Of a stretch of 56,223 nucleotides of DNA, positions 39,610-48,766 are shown piece after piece. Numbering within the stretch: the first letter of the stretch is position 1; every line of letters starts with the position of its first letter. The stretch spans positions 1 to 56,223 of the IMG/VR virus record IMGVR_UViG_3300006735_000039. One strand, 5' to 3'. A model generated the notes under the pieces. That model did no database searches, was not told the origin of the DNA, and saw only the letters and a list, made by a program, of their open reading frames with translations. Source of the DNA: a virus. Lineage: Duplodnaviria > Caudoviricetes. Both the position numbers and the translations under genes were made by a program.

Positions 39610-39801
39610 CTACAGTCTACCTACCTTTCCTCCCTTTCTTTTTATTATTCCCCCAAAACCAGTGTGTTCCTTTATGTACTCACCGTACTCCTTACACTTT
39701 TCACAGTAAGACTCTGGTGTAACGATGTTTCCATTAACAACCTTTATGGTTGTGTTTCTTACGGTTCTTATCTCACCGCATGCACATTTGAATTTAGCCA
39801 T
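39610..39801 (-). CDS. Small Zn-ribbon protein
   Basis: 63 aa with CxC..CxxC. Confidence 0.55.
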   Translation of the reverse strand: MAKFKCACGEIRTVRNTTIKVVNGNIVTPESYCEKCKEYGEYIKEHTGFGGIIKRKGGKVGRL

Positions 39802-39862
39802 ATCAATTTATTTTAGCACCAAATAACAACTATATTCGATGTGATTGTTTTCTTTTTATCCA

Positions 39863-40525
39863 CTAGTATCCTGTTAGTAGTTTTAATATTTCTTCTATTG
39901 ATTCGTGTCTATGGTTATCTGTCAACACAGTTTTGTAGACATAACTAGAATCTTTTATCTTAGCTATCTCATGTATAGCTGAGTAGTTAGAGTCCTTCAA
40001 ATCTATCTGCTGTAAGTCACCACAGAATATCATCATTGAATCTTTACCTAATCTACCAAGAGCCATTCTTAGCTGAGACTTAGTTAAGTTCTGGAACTCA
40101 TCTACTATAACGATAGAGTTATCAAATGTACGACCTCTAAAATGAGCGAGAGACACAAGCTCTATCTCTTCAGACTCCTCCATCTTCTCAAGCTTCTCTG
40201 GTTTATTATAAACCTTTCGCATGTTTGACTTGATTGGAACTAACCATGGTTCCATCTTTTCTTTTTCAGAACCAGGTAGAAATCCGTTATCCTCTGTGGA
40301 TACAGTAGGTCTAGTTATAATAATCTTATTGTATTGACGTTTAAAGAATTGGTCTAGTGCAACCTGAACAGCTAGAAGTGTTTTACCACTACCAGCCCTA
40401 CCAACCACGAAGTTAAAAGGGTGTTTAAGAATCTCTGCCTTTGCATTCTTCTGCTCCTCGGATAGCGTGATTGAAAACCTAACCGATGTTTTAGGTGGTG
40501 TCTTTGATTTGTTTGGTCTAGACAT
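39863..40525 (-). CDS. phoH: PhoH-family ATPase
   Basis: GRAGSGKT, IIITRP, GFLPGS..EKMEPW, FRGRTF, VDEFQN, RLG..S, GDLQQIDL. Confidence 0.93.
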   Translation of the reverse strand: MSRPNKSKTPPKTSVRFSITLSEEQKNAKAEILKHPFNFVVGRAGSGKTLLAVQVALDQFFKRQYNKIIITRPTVSTEDNGFLPGSEKEKMEPWLVPIKSNMRKVYNKPEKLEKMEESEEIELVSLAHFRGRTFDNSIVIVDEFQNLTKSQLRMALGRLGKDSMMIFCGDLQQIDLKDSNYSAIHEIAKIKDSSYVYKTVLTDNHRHESIEEILKLLTGY

Positions 40526-41792
40526 TTGTTGCGTGAATTAGATTGGCTACCATACCTTTATTGTTATTCCATATAAATCCCTCTGCACTAGGCACTCCTC
40601 CAATATAACCCTTCTCGAAATGCCAAGCGTCATTGCCAGACAGTGAGCGCAGTAATCTTACTACCACTCCCTTAAACTCTTGAGTTGACATCCACTTCAT
40701 ATCTTTCTTGTGATGGAAGTGACCTAGGTGAAACTCTCTATGTATTGTGTTAGCCCACATCTCAGGAACTTCTTGAGCCATAATCAGTGGTAGCTCTACA
40801 AGCTTCTCTTTATCTCCGTGACAAAGACCTATTAGGTTTTGACCGTACATATAATACTTCCTAGTCCTAGGTGAATTATCCACGGTAACCTGAGGGTTGT
40901 TGTGGAACCAACCCTCCAAAGAATCTCCTAAAAAGAAGCACTTTGTTTTGTCATGGTTACCTGGTATAATAGGAACATCCACAGGTGCTATCTCTGATAA
41001 GCTAAGTATAACATCAGATATGACCTTGCGAACAGTCCTAAAAGTTTTCTGCCACCTAGCATCCTCATGTTGAGGTGTGCCAGCAGTTGTGCTAGAGAAT
41101 GGGTAATCCTTATCGGAGTTAAATAAATCATTACCAGTTGGTAGTAATATTCTTTCTATAGGAAAACCTTTAGACTTTTGTAACAATCCTTCTACAGCTT
41201 CGTATACTCTATCAGAAGCAATCTTAAGGTCGTAGTTGTCTGAAGACTCTTCGTGCCAAGCAAGCTTGCCGAAGTGAACATCAAAAAGGTTTATCTCAAG
41301 TAGATTTCTATCCTTACTATTAAAGTTGTATTTGATAGTTTTAAACTTAGGAGCGTATGACTTAACCTCTTCTATAATATCTTTTCTAATATCCTCAATG
41401 GTTACCTCATCCTCTTTCTTTTTCTTAAACCAAACCTTAACTTGTATGAGCGGTGTTGGATTACCCTCCACAGTAGTCTCCCACTTATTAAAGGTCCATC
41501 TTTCTACATCCCAAAGATTCATATCTACCTTAGAAAAAGCAATAGCATCCTCAAGGGTTTCTATTCTAACAGTAGTGGTGTATTCTACAGAGGCTTTAGA
41601 TTGAGCCTCATCCCATCTGTAAGACTCTTGGTCCAGACCTTCTTTAATAATTCTAGATGCGTGTCTTCTTAAATTTCTTTTTTGAGAATCTTTAAGGTTG
41701 TACATTTCAATAAGCCTGTCTGCAATCTCAGTGTAATTCAATCCCTCATTCCACAGCTTAAGTATTACGGAGTTGTAATCGCTGGTATTCAT
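40518..41792 (-). CDS. Calcineurin-like metallophosphoesterase with N-terminal HTH
   Basis: DVHFG, GNDLF, GNHD, CHGD, GHFHH motifs. Confidence 0.85.
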   Translation of the reverse strand: MNTSDYNSVILKLWNEGLNYTEIADRLIEMYNLKDSQKRNLRRHASRIIKEGLDQESYRWDEAQSKASVEYTTTVRIETLEDAIAFSKVDMNLWDVERWTFNKWETTVEGNPTPLIQVKVWFKKKKEDEVTIEDIRKDIIEEVKSYAPKFKTIKYNFNSKDRNLLEINLFDVHFGKLAWHEESSDNYDLKIASDRVYEAVEGLLQKSKGFPIERILLPTGNDLFNSDKDYPFSSTTAGTPQHEDARWQKTFRTVRKVISDVILSLSEIAPVDVPIIPGNHDKTKCFFLGDSLEGWFHNNPQVTVDNSPRTRKYYMYGQNLIGLCHGDKEKLVELPLIMAQEVPEMWANTIHREFHLGHFHHKKDMKWMSTQEFKGVVVRLLRSLSGNDAWHFEKGYIGGVPSAEGFIWNNNKGMVANLIHATNV

Positions 41793-42250
41793 TTTATTTT
41801 TGATTTGATTAGTTCGATAGTTTTATCCACCTCTTTTCTGTTAGATGGAATGTATATGTCGTATATATTACCATCATCAACAAGCTTTTTAAAAAATAAT
41901 TTAAACCTCATGTTAAACTCTGGTGTCCTTAGACCTTTTGTTTCGATAATAAATCTGTGCTTTTCAGATATGAAGTCTGGAGTGTAGGATATGTTCCTAA
42001 CGTTACCAGTCTTTTTCTTGTAAACCTTAACACCCTTCTCTCTACCTTTATCATAAACGTCTCCAGGATAATTAAACTTTTCTACCAGCTCGAACTTCCT
42101 ACCCTCGTAGTCTGCTTTTACTTTTGCTTTCTTTAATTGCTGGTAGCAGTAAGCCTCAAGTCCAGATGCAAACTTGATGCCATCAATCGTTGTTACCTTA
42201 GCATTGGTGTTCTTCTTTCCTTTCTTCCTCTTGAATTTTAACCTCATCAA
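41789..42250 (-). CDS. PD-(D/E)xK endonuclease (T7 endonuclease I / DUF1064-like resolvase)
   Basis: IDGIKFASGLE, YTPDF, IIETKG. Confidence 0.8.
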   Translation of the reverse strand: MMRLKFKRKKGKKNTNAKVTTIDGIKFASGLEAYCYQQLKKAKVKADYEGRKFELVEKFNYPGDVYDKGREKGVKVYKKKTGNVRNISYTPDFISEKHRFIIETKGLRTPEFNMRFKLFFKKLVDDGNIYDIYIPSNRKEVDKTIELIKSKIK

Positions 42251-42704
42251 TATAAAAGCTAGACTTAAACTTATGCTTCGGAATCAAGACTATTTGGGTT
42301 GTGTTTGAGTCACCTCCCATCACTACTCTCATTTCCGAAATGTTATCTTTGATTAAACTTTTTAGCTCGGATGTTTTAATCACCCACATATTATCTTCGG
42401 GCAAGTTACGAAAATAATATATAAACACATCTGCCTTAGTAACAGAAATGCCACTAGGCTTATTGTTGTGTCTAATCTCTACAGCTATGTTGCCCGTATC
42501 ACTACCTTCTTTAACGTAGTAATCAGTCTTAACTTCAAAGGTTTTCTTTTCGTCAGTGTCTCTCTTGCTCATTAATATATCAAACCTGTTGTCATCGTTA
42601 TAACCAATGAACTTCATGTTGTGACCAAGCATAAGATATAGGGCAACAATTTTCTCACCCTCTTCACCAAGAAGAAGGTCTTTGTCGAAGTCGTAGTTAG
42701 CCAT
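42198..42704 (-). CDS. PD-(D/E)xK-fold nuclease-like protein
   Basis: FDKDLLLGEEGE, FDI..FEVKTD, TGNIAVE, SGISVTKAD. Confidence 0.65.
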   Translation of the reverse strand: MANYDFDKDLLLGEEGEKIVALYLMLGHNMKFIGYNDDNRFDILMSKRDTDEKKTFEVKTDYYVKEGSDTGNIAVEIRHNNKPSGISVTKADVFIYYFRNLPEDNMWVIKTSELKSLIKDNISEMRVVMGGDSNTTQIVLIPKHKFKSSFYIDEVKIQEEERKEEHQC

Positions 42705-42958
42705 TAGTGCTCGTCAAAGTATTCTCTAATCTCAGCTCTCAACCCCTCTTCCCACTGAGGAACAAGCATAGACTCAAGCTTCTGAGCAGCTATCCTCCTG
42801 TTGTTTTTCTTTAACAGATATAAGTCGTAGTAAGCCAAAGATTCTGAAAACAAAGCCTTCATATCTTGTGAGTCGTAATCATACGAGCCATCCTCTATGT
42901 GTTTGATTACTGTTTTTAAAATCTTAACTGTCTGTGTTTTTAAATTACCTTTTTTCAT
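42704..42958 (-). CDS. Hypothetical protein
   Basis: 84 aa, operon-coupled. Confidence 0.55.
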   Translation of the reverse strand: MKKGNLKTQTVKILKTVIKHIEDGSYDYDSQDMKALFSESLAYYDLYLLKKNNRRIAAQKLESMLVPQWEEGLRAEIREYFDEH

Positions 42959-42966
42959 AACTAAAA

Positions 42967-43170
42967 TTATTTATTGTATTTACTTAACCAATCATCGTAA
43001 TCCATGGGTGACATGAAATTCTTCATGCAGCCAACACGGTAAGATGAGTAAGCTATAGCTATCTCTTTTGCGTAGCTTTTCTTAGACTCCTCACAGTTTG
43101 ACACGGCACCCTTAACGATGTACTTTAATCTTTCTTTTGTTAGTTTTTTGTATTCACTCATAACATCCAC
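42967..43170 (-). CDS. Hypothetical protein
   Basis: 67 aa, operon-coupled. Confidence 0.5.
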   Translation of the reverse strand: MDVMSEYKKLTKERLKYIVKGAVSNCEESKKSYAKEIAIAYSSYRVGCMKNFMSPMDYDDWLSKYNK

Positions 43171-43463
43171 TCTCTTATTTGTTCTCTCATCAAATCATTC
43201 TCTCCTTTGAGTCTGTTGTTCTCAACGGTCAACTCAAGGCTGGTTCTGTGCGTTTTAGATGACTCTATATTAACCATCTCTGCTCGATGAAATAGCTGGT
43301 CCATCACGTACATGATATGATTTAAACTGTCTATTGTTTTCTCTAGTGTTTGCACTCTTTTTTCGCTGATGTTGTCCCTGGTTTGCTCCAGTTTGTCCTC
43401 AACATCTACCCTCAAAGATAACAAATGTCCGTAACATACAACCTTTTCAAACATAATATTCAT
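43158..43463 (-). CDS. Hypothetical coiled-coil protein
   Basis: 101 aa, directly after the helicase. Confidence 0.55.
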   Translation of the reverse strand: MNIMFEKVVCYGHLLSLRVDVEDKLEQTRDNISEKRVQTLEKTIDSLNHIMYVMDQLFHRAEMVNIESSKTHRTSLELTVENNRLKGENDLMREQIREWML

Positions 43464-43465
43464 AA

Positions 43466-44422
43466 TTAAAATAGTTTTTTCTGTTCAACTTCCTTTGATT
43501 TAGCGTAAGATATATCCTGCGTAATTGAGTCAATCTCGTAGTATCTATTTGTCTTCCAGTCATAGAATATTTTTACTTGACCAAGCTTACCAATGCCCTT
43601 AGGCTTTGATTTTCTAACGGATATTATAACAGCATTCTCCTCGTAGGGAACACCTGTCTCATCAGGTAGATTGGCTGGAGGTCTGTAAACTAAAATTATC
43701 TGTTGACCTAATCTAAAATAATTCTGACCCCCAGCTATCTCCCTTGGGTGTGCTGGCGGAAACCAGGATACACCATTTGTTATTATAGGTTTTTGTGATA
43801 TGACGTGCGCTACAACTATGTTGTGTCTGTTATTTTTCAACGCATCATTGTTAACAACTTTTAGTGCGTGTGAAATCCACTTGTCCTCCCTACCTCCAAA
43901 ACTATTTAGGTCCTGATTCAAAAGCCCCATGTGGTCTATCACACTGTTGTTTATCTTTATGTTATACTCTGACTCTATAGACTCAATACTACCAAAGAAG
44001 TCTTCGACAGTTATACCCTCGTAGTCTTCAGCTATAAAGAAGTGCTTGTCTAAGAAGTCTTTAGCATTCTCAAACATCCTTTCATTTATAGAATACTCAG
44101 AGTCATTAAATATGTTTCTCTTCTTACAGAACACAGCCATTACCTCTGCTGCAATCCTCTCTTTACTACCAGTCTCTGGGCTGTATATAGCGTGCTTCTG
44201 TCCGTAGTATTCTGATAGGTTTACAAGAACCTCAAAAGTAAACTGAGACTTGCCAGAATAAGGTGCTCCATATATTATTGTTGTGCACCCCTCCTTGAAA
44301 GATATGTAATCATCTAGGCTTTGGAAGCCATGATACACACCCTTCTCTTCACCGTACTCTCTTAGATTATCTATGTCATCAAAGAATGTAGATGGTTTCT
44401 TAAATATGTTTCTAGTTGCCAA
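43466..44422 (-). CDS. SF4 (DnaB-like) replicative helicase, no primase domain
   Basis: GAPYSGKS Walker A, YSPE, VIDH, IVVAH, IAGG, VYR, KSK..GKLG motifs. Confidence 0.85.
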   Translation of the reverse strand: MATRNIFKKPSTFFDDIDNLREYGEEKGVYHGFQSLDDYISFKEGCTTIIYGAPYSGKSQFTFEVLVNLSEYYGQKHAIYSPETGSKERIAAEVMAVFCKKRNIFNDSEYSINERMFENAKDFLDKHFFIAEDYEGITVEDFFGSIESIESEYNIKINNSVIDHMGLLNQDLNSFGGREDKWISHALKVVNNDALKNNRHNIVVAHVISQKPIITNGVSWFPPAHPREIAGGQNYFRLGQQIILVYRPPANLPDETGVPYEENAVIISVRKSKPKGIGKLGQVKIFYDWKTNRYYEIDSITQDISYAKSKEVEQKKLF

Positions 44423-45086
44423 AGTTAAATATATTATTAGTGCTTACTGATTCCTTTTTGTTTCCGCCAAAATTGTTAGACTTCCATCTGTTAAGCCTAG
44501 ACTTAGTGCTCCAAGTCTTTTGCTTTTCAAATCTCATCTTAGTGTCGTTGTCTCCGTGCTCAGTCCAGTATTCGTAGAAGCTTTTAAGCATATCTCTACC
44601 GAACTCTTCTACAAAGGGACTAAGTGATTCTCCAAACGCAAGCTTCCTATCTTCAATAGACACAGCTTTTGTTTTCTTGGTTTCTTTTTTAGTCGGACTA
44701 TCCGACTTAGGTTTTGATTTAGGCTTCGACCATCTAGCCTTTGCCGCTCTCTTTGCTCTATCAACATTGCTTCTACTCTTCTCCATCCTCTTAGATAAGC
44801 TTTCGGACCATATGGATTCACCATCAGTAACAAAAAGCTCATACTCCTCGCAGCAAGATTTAATGAAGTGATTCATTTGCTCAACATCAACCATAGCTTT
44901 GGATGAAAGAGCTCTTACATATGATTCTTTTAGTGGTAGAGAACAACTCTTCTGAGACGCTAGAGCTTCACATATAACCCAGAACATACCGTATCCAGAC
45001 ACACCAAATTCATACATCATTGTTTGAATCTTGAAGTCATTGATTGCATTTATGTCGTGAGCAAAATAAGGTTGTACTAAACTCAT
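44412..45086 (-). CDS. Replication initiator (Lin1244/DUF4373-like N-terminal wHTH)
   Basis: YFAHDINA.ND.KI..G..GYGMFW..E.L, WSESL..RM, AAKARW linker, C-terminal FYEYWTE..KMRFE..TW..RL.RW. Upstream of helicase. Confidence 0.75.
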   Translation of the reverse strand: MSLVQPYFAHDINAINDFKIQTMMYEFGVSGYGMFWVICEALASQKSCSLPLKESYVRALSSKAMVDVEQMNHFIKSCCEEYELFVTDGESIWSESLSKRMEKSRSNVDRAKRAAKARWSKPKSKPKSDSPTKKETKKTKAVSIEDRKLAFGESLSPFVEEFGRDMLKSFYEYWTEHGDNDTKMRFEKQKTWSTKSRLNRWKSNNFGGNKKESVSTNNIFNFGN

Positions 45087-45253
45087 TTTTTTTGTTTTAA
45101 AAACGGTATGCCCGTTCTCTGATTAATTATAATTCTTTTATTAGTAGGCAGGTCTATTTCTTTATAGCCTTCTTGAAGTTCTTTTCTGAATATGCGCATT
45201 GGCACTCCAGACTTAGACATCTTTTCTTGAAGTATTAAACCTTTGTATCTCAT
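45083..45253 (-). CDS. Small hypothetical protein (56 aa)
   Basis: MRYKGLILQEKMSKSGVPMRIFRKELQEGYKEIDLPTNKRIIINQRTGIPFLKQKK. Stop overlaps the initiator ATG (ATGA). Confidence 0.5.
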   Translation of the reverse strand: MRYKGLILQEKMSKSGVPMRIFRKELQEGYKEIDLPTNKRIIINQRTGIPFLKQKK

Positions 45254-45256
45254 TTG

Positions 45257-45292
45257 AAAAAAAGAGGGGGTGTCATTACAACACCTCCCTCT
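45257..45292 (-). terminator. Intrinsic terminator/attenuator after SSB
   Basis: On - strand AGAGGGAGGTGT-loop-ACACCCCCTCT followed by a T-run. Confidence 0.65.
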
Positions 45293-45309
45293 AACTAACT
45301 AAAAAACAA

Positions 45310-45591
45310 TTAGAATGGTAAGTCTCCATCGTTACCAGCAGTTGCTGGAGCTGGAGCAGGACCATCACTGAAAACAAACTCTTTACCATTTCCTAAGTAA
45401 ACCTTAGGAGATTTAGCTTCTCTCTCTTCTTTTGTCTGAGAGATTGCAACATAGTGAGTGTTACCAAACTGGTCTTCACCATTTCTGTTTGCACCCACGG
45501 TAAGGTTTAGATACTTACCTTTCTTACCTGCAATGATTTTTGATTTGTCGATTTTGTCTAAGTTAATAGACACATTAATGATTGAACTCAT
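45310..45591 (-). CDS. ssb: Single-stranded DNA-binding protein (putative)
   Basis: 93 aa. GKKGKYLNL, DQFGN, VYLGNGK, acidic DGDLPF C-terminus. Confidence 0.7.
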   Translation of the reverse strand: MSSIINVSINLDKIDKSKIIAGKKGKYLNLTVGANRNGEDQFGNTHYVAISQTKEEREAKSPKVYLGNGKEFVFSDGPAPAPATAGNDGDLPF

Positions 45592-45614
45592 AATAAAAAT
45601 AATTAATTAATTGA

Positions 45615-45947
45615 TTACTGTAATCCTTTTAAAACTCTGTAGTATTCACGGGCAACTACTAAACCCTTTGGTGTAAGATAGTAAGGGAACGCACCGTTGT
45701 TTAACTTGTACCCTTGCTTTCTTTTTACTAATCTTTTTTCTATTAGCTGCGATATGTGTTGTCTGCTTCTATTTATTCCTTTGTCAAACTCTTTGTTAAA
45801 CTTCTGAACACTGAAGACTCCGTAGTGATAACACCATAGAACAACATCTAAGTCTGTCCTTGTTATCTTCTTACTTCTTCTTAGGTGGACTATCGCTTTA
45901 CCATGATGCTTGAGATTGATGAAGTATTTCTTCTTGTTCTCTAGCAT
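45615..45947 (-). CDS. Winged-helix (MarR-like) DNA-binding protein
   Basis: ITRTDLDVV..HISQLIEKRLVKR..YYLTPKG. Confidence 0.6.
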   Translation of the reverse strand: MLENKKKYFINLKHHGKAIVHLRRSKKITRTDLDVVLWCYHYGVFSVQKFNKEFDKGINRSRQHISQLIEKRLVKRKQGYKLNNGAFPYYLTPKGLVVAREYYRVLKGLQ

Positions 45948-46432
45948 TCAAAGTAATTTTTACTACTCTTTAAAAACTGTTTCATTCTAAGAACTTGATG
46001 CTGAGCTTTTTCTTTCTCGCTCTTTTCGTATCTAAACTTCTCAGAAAGAATGGAGTTTCTAATCATAAGCCTATCAACTATGGAGCGGTGACCGAACTCT
46101 GGTTCAGCCAAAGACTTTCCAACATAACAGCAGTCGTTATACTTCTGTCTATAGTTTAGGTCTGTAGAAACATAAGCATCATGCTTCTTTAAATAATGTA
46201 TAGACATACTATGGTCTCTATTAATCATACTACCAATAGACTCAAGGCTCTCGTTTGTTGACTCCCTAGCTATAGCGGTGTATATACACCTAGCGTCAAC
46301 TATAAAAGACTTTCTCTTCCTTGAGACCATATGCTCCTTTGGAACACCTAATGTCTTAGACACCTCATCTAATATAAAGTTAAGGTTGTCTATATTGTTG
46401 ACGTAAGTGTCGTGCTCATCTCTATTTCTCAT
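45941..46432 (-). CDS. DnaA domain IV-like HTH protein
   Basis: SRKRK..VDAR..SLESIG..INRDHSMSIH. Confidence 0.7.
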   Translation of the reverse strand: MRNRDEHDTYVNNIDNLNFILDEVSKTLGVPKEHMVSRKRKSFIVDARCIYTAIARESTNESLESIGSMINRDHSMSIHYLKKHDAYVSTDLNYRQKYNDCCYVGKSLAEPEFGHRSIVDRLMIRNSILSEKFRYEKSEKEKAQHQVLRMKQFLKSSKNYFEC

Positions 46433-46513
46433 TTTGTTTACATTTAAATTTATCTACCCAGGATTGTCTTATGAACATTCCTATAAAAATACCAATGATT
46501 AATGCGGTTAACA

Positions 46514-47257
46514 TTACAGAACGCCCTGTATGTAGTAATCTTCTACATCATTAGATTGCTCAACGAAGTATTCAAAGTACATCTGCAAGAGTCTCTTATA
46601 TTCCTGCCTTCCAGACTCGATGAACTCTGGAGAGCACTCGTAAACAGCCACCCTGTAGGGGGCTTCTTTCTCTACACAAATAAATGTAAAGTTCTCAACA
46701 CCAAAACCATCGCAGTAGAACGCAGCTTGTCTGTTGTATCCGTACTTGTAGCATGAGTTTCTGAAGGAGTGAGGGTCAATGTTGGCTGTTGTTTTAATAT
46801 CTATTATCCCATTAGGATTTAAAACGTCAGCTTTTCCCTTGCATTTTACAAAGGTGTCTCCATCTACCCAGCAGTTTGCTACCTCTTTCAGTCCATCTGC
46901 AATAAGGTCAACAGCATCATCGTTATTAAAGAAGCTGCTAACTACACCCTTGATAGATTCAAAATCTCTTATAGATAATATCGTCTTGTCTGAGTTTTTA
47001 GATTTAAACTCATCCCACTTCTTGCCATACTTCCTACCTTCAAAACAAACTATATCGTTTTCAGAAACTTTCTCTGGTTCTAGTATGTATTGATGAACTA
47101 ACCTGCCAATCTCCAGTGCTGAGGAGCTGTCTCCATCTCCATCATAATACATCTGAAGATGTTGAGGTGACCTGTTGAGGTATCCTAACTGAGAGTTTGT
47201 AACATACTCTCTATCAGCGTAATACTCTTGGTCTGTCTTAAACTTTACTAACTCCAC
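46514..47257 (-). CDS. RecE/DUF3799-like exonuclease
   Basis: GRLVHQYILEP, CKGKADVL, IDIKTT, YGYNRQAAFY, F.FICVEK.APY. Confidence 0.85.
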   Translation of the reverse strand: MELVKFKTDQEYYADREYVTNSQLGYLNRSPQHLQMYYDGDGDSSSALEIGRLVHQYILEPEKVSENDIVCFEGRKYGKKWDEFKSKNSDKTILSIRDFESIKGVVSSFFNNDDAVDLIADGLKEVANCWVDGDTFVKCKGKADVLNPNGIIDIKTTANIDPHSFRNSCYKYGYNRQAAFYCDGFGVENFTFICVEKEAPYRVAVYECSPEFIESGRQEYKRLLQMYFEYFVEQSNDVEDYYIQGVL

Positions 47258-47498
47258 TTTTATCTAACTTTTTTAATGTATTAATCTCATCAACTATAAA
47301 CTCAAACATCTCTTGAGGTTTAAGATTTATTTCTGGAGTGCTTTGACATAAGTCAATGATTTCTTGTACAGTAAACCTGTTTGGTTCAAGTATCTTTTGA
47401 CTAAATGTTTGGTGAGCAATACCTATTTGTCTAGCTTTTGCTGTCTTCCTAACTCCGTGATAACGAAGTATCTTTGGTAATTCACTTATATATTTCAT
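47238..47498 (-). CDS. HTH DNA-binding protein
   Basis: KTAKARQIGIAHQTFSQKI..P..FTVQE, XRE/Cro-like. Confidence 0.6.
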   Translation of the reverse strand: MKYISELPKILRYHGVRKTAKARQIGIAHQTFSQKILEPNRFTVQEIIDLCQSTPEINLKPQEMFEFIVDEINTLKKLDKSGVSKV

Positions 47499-48076
47499 GA
47501 TAACGCTTTATTTAATTTATCTTTCTGTGCTTTTGTCATTGTGTAAGACGACATTCTACTTTTAACAACATCAACCTTACCCTCTTTGATTGCACCCATC
47601 ATAGCTGTCATAACTTCTTGAGTCATCTTTACTTTAGCAGTCGGACTATCCGACTTAGGTTTACTGTTAGAGTTTCCGTGAGTGTTTGTAGCATCAGCAT
47701 CTTTGGTATCATCAATTAAGAACAAGCCATTAAGTGCGTACTTTCTGGCGTAAGAAGATGAAGCTCCGAATGACTGAGCAATATCCATACCCTTTCTGTT
47801 TACATCAATACCAGCTTGTGCTGTTGAAGTAATGTCACTGGCACCATCAGTGATTGTGACTGTTGCCTCAACAAATGGCATACCACAAACCTCCTTGACA
47901 TTATCAATAATAGTCATTGCTAGTCCGCTTGATTTTAATAGTGGTTTAACAGCTTCAAGAATATCCTCTTGATTTCTGTAGGAGTACCTACCAAATTTGT
48001 TGTACTGATTTTTAGGAGCCTTAAGTTCTTGCTGAACTTGCATAAGTTTCCCAATGAATTTTTTGTTTGCTTCCAT
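47495..48076 (-). CDS. erf: ERF-family single-strand annealing protein
   Basis: LKAPKNQYNKFG.Y.YR..EDILEAVKP, AQSFGASSSYARKYALNGLFLIDDTKDAD. Confidence 0.9.
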   Translation of the reverse strand: MEANKKFIGKLMQVQQELKAPKNQYNKFGRYSYRNQEDILEAVKPLLKSSGLAMTIIDNVKEVCGMPFVEATVTITDGASDITSTAQAGIDVNRKGMDIAQSFGASSSYARKYALNGLFLIDDTKDADATNTHGNSNSKPKSDSPTAKVKMTQEVMTAMMGAIKEGKVDVVKSRMSSYTMTKAQKDKLNKALS

Positions 48077-48109
48077 AAAATAAAATTTAACTTGTTTAAT
48101 TTTGCTTTA

Positions 48110-48117
48110 CAAATATA
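48110..48117 (-). promoter_or_regulatory. -7 promoter element for recombination/replication operon
   Basis: TATATTTG on - strand, 33 nt before the ERF ATG. Confidence 0.55.
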
Positions 48118-48337
48118 TAAATATACTTCAATAATAGCATACCCTATGTTTAAAAGTTATTAACAATTAAGATTATCTCATCCCCCTCTGAACCGCAGGC
48201 GACCAAGCCACTTTAATAATAATTAAAAAAATACAGAAGGGGATAAAGACAACCACTCTACTCCTCAAGTAGAGTTGTTCAATGCTATAAGAACGTTTTT
48301 AGGTGCTTACACGCACAGCTTTGTGCACCTCCGTGTG

Positions 48338-48619
48338 TTAATCTTCCCTAAACCCAGCAACTCTGGGTAAAAAATGTTTATCGCTACTCATTAGACCACC
48401 AATGTCATGCTGAAAAGTTTGAGATATTATAGTAGCTACTCCCTTTTCCTTGCAATACTTTTCAAAAGCTATAAAGTCATCAAGGGTTTCTTCATCACAC
48501 TCAGCTAACGCAACCTCAATGTTTTCGTGATAGTTTTTTGAGTAGTATATTCTAGGACAGTACTCGGAAAATAGAACCCTGACCTCGTCAAGTTTCTTTA
48601 TAAATTCTTTTGTAATCAT
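48338..48619 (-). CDS. Hypothetical protein
   Basis: 93 aa ORF. Confidence 0.55.
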   Translation of the reverse strand: MITKEFIKKLDEVRVLFSEYCPRIYYSKNYHENIEVALAECDEETLDDFIAFEKYCKEKGVATIISQTFQHDIGGLMSSDKHFLPRVAGFRED

Positions 48620-48765
48620 AACTTATACTGACCTAATAGTAGTATAGTTGGAACCCACAATCCAACATAGATAGCTGATTGTCTGCCCCCAAAGAACCAC
48701 ATTGATACTGATAGTATTAAACTTGCCATTGCAAGTATTAAGAAAATTTTTCTAGTGTTTAACAT
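48616..48765 (-). CDS. Small 2-TM membrane protein (49 aa)
   Basis: MLNTRKIFLILAMASLILSVSMWFFGGRQSAIYVGLWVPTILLLGQYKL. ATGA overlap with the next gene. Confidence 0.6.
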   Translation of the reverse strand: MLNTRKIFLILAMASLILSVSMWFFGGRQSAIYVGLWVPTILLLGQYKL

Positions 48766-48766
48766 T

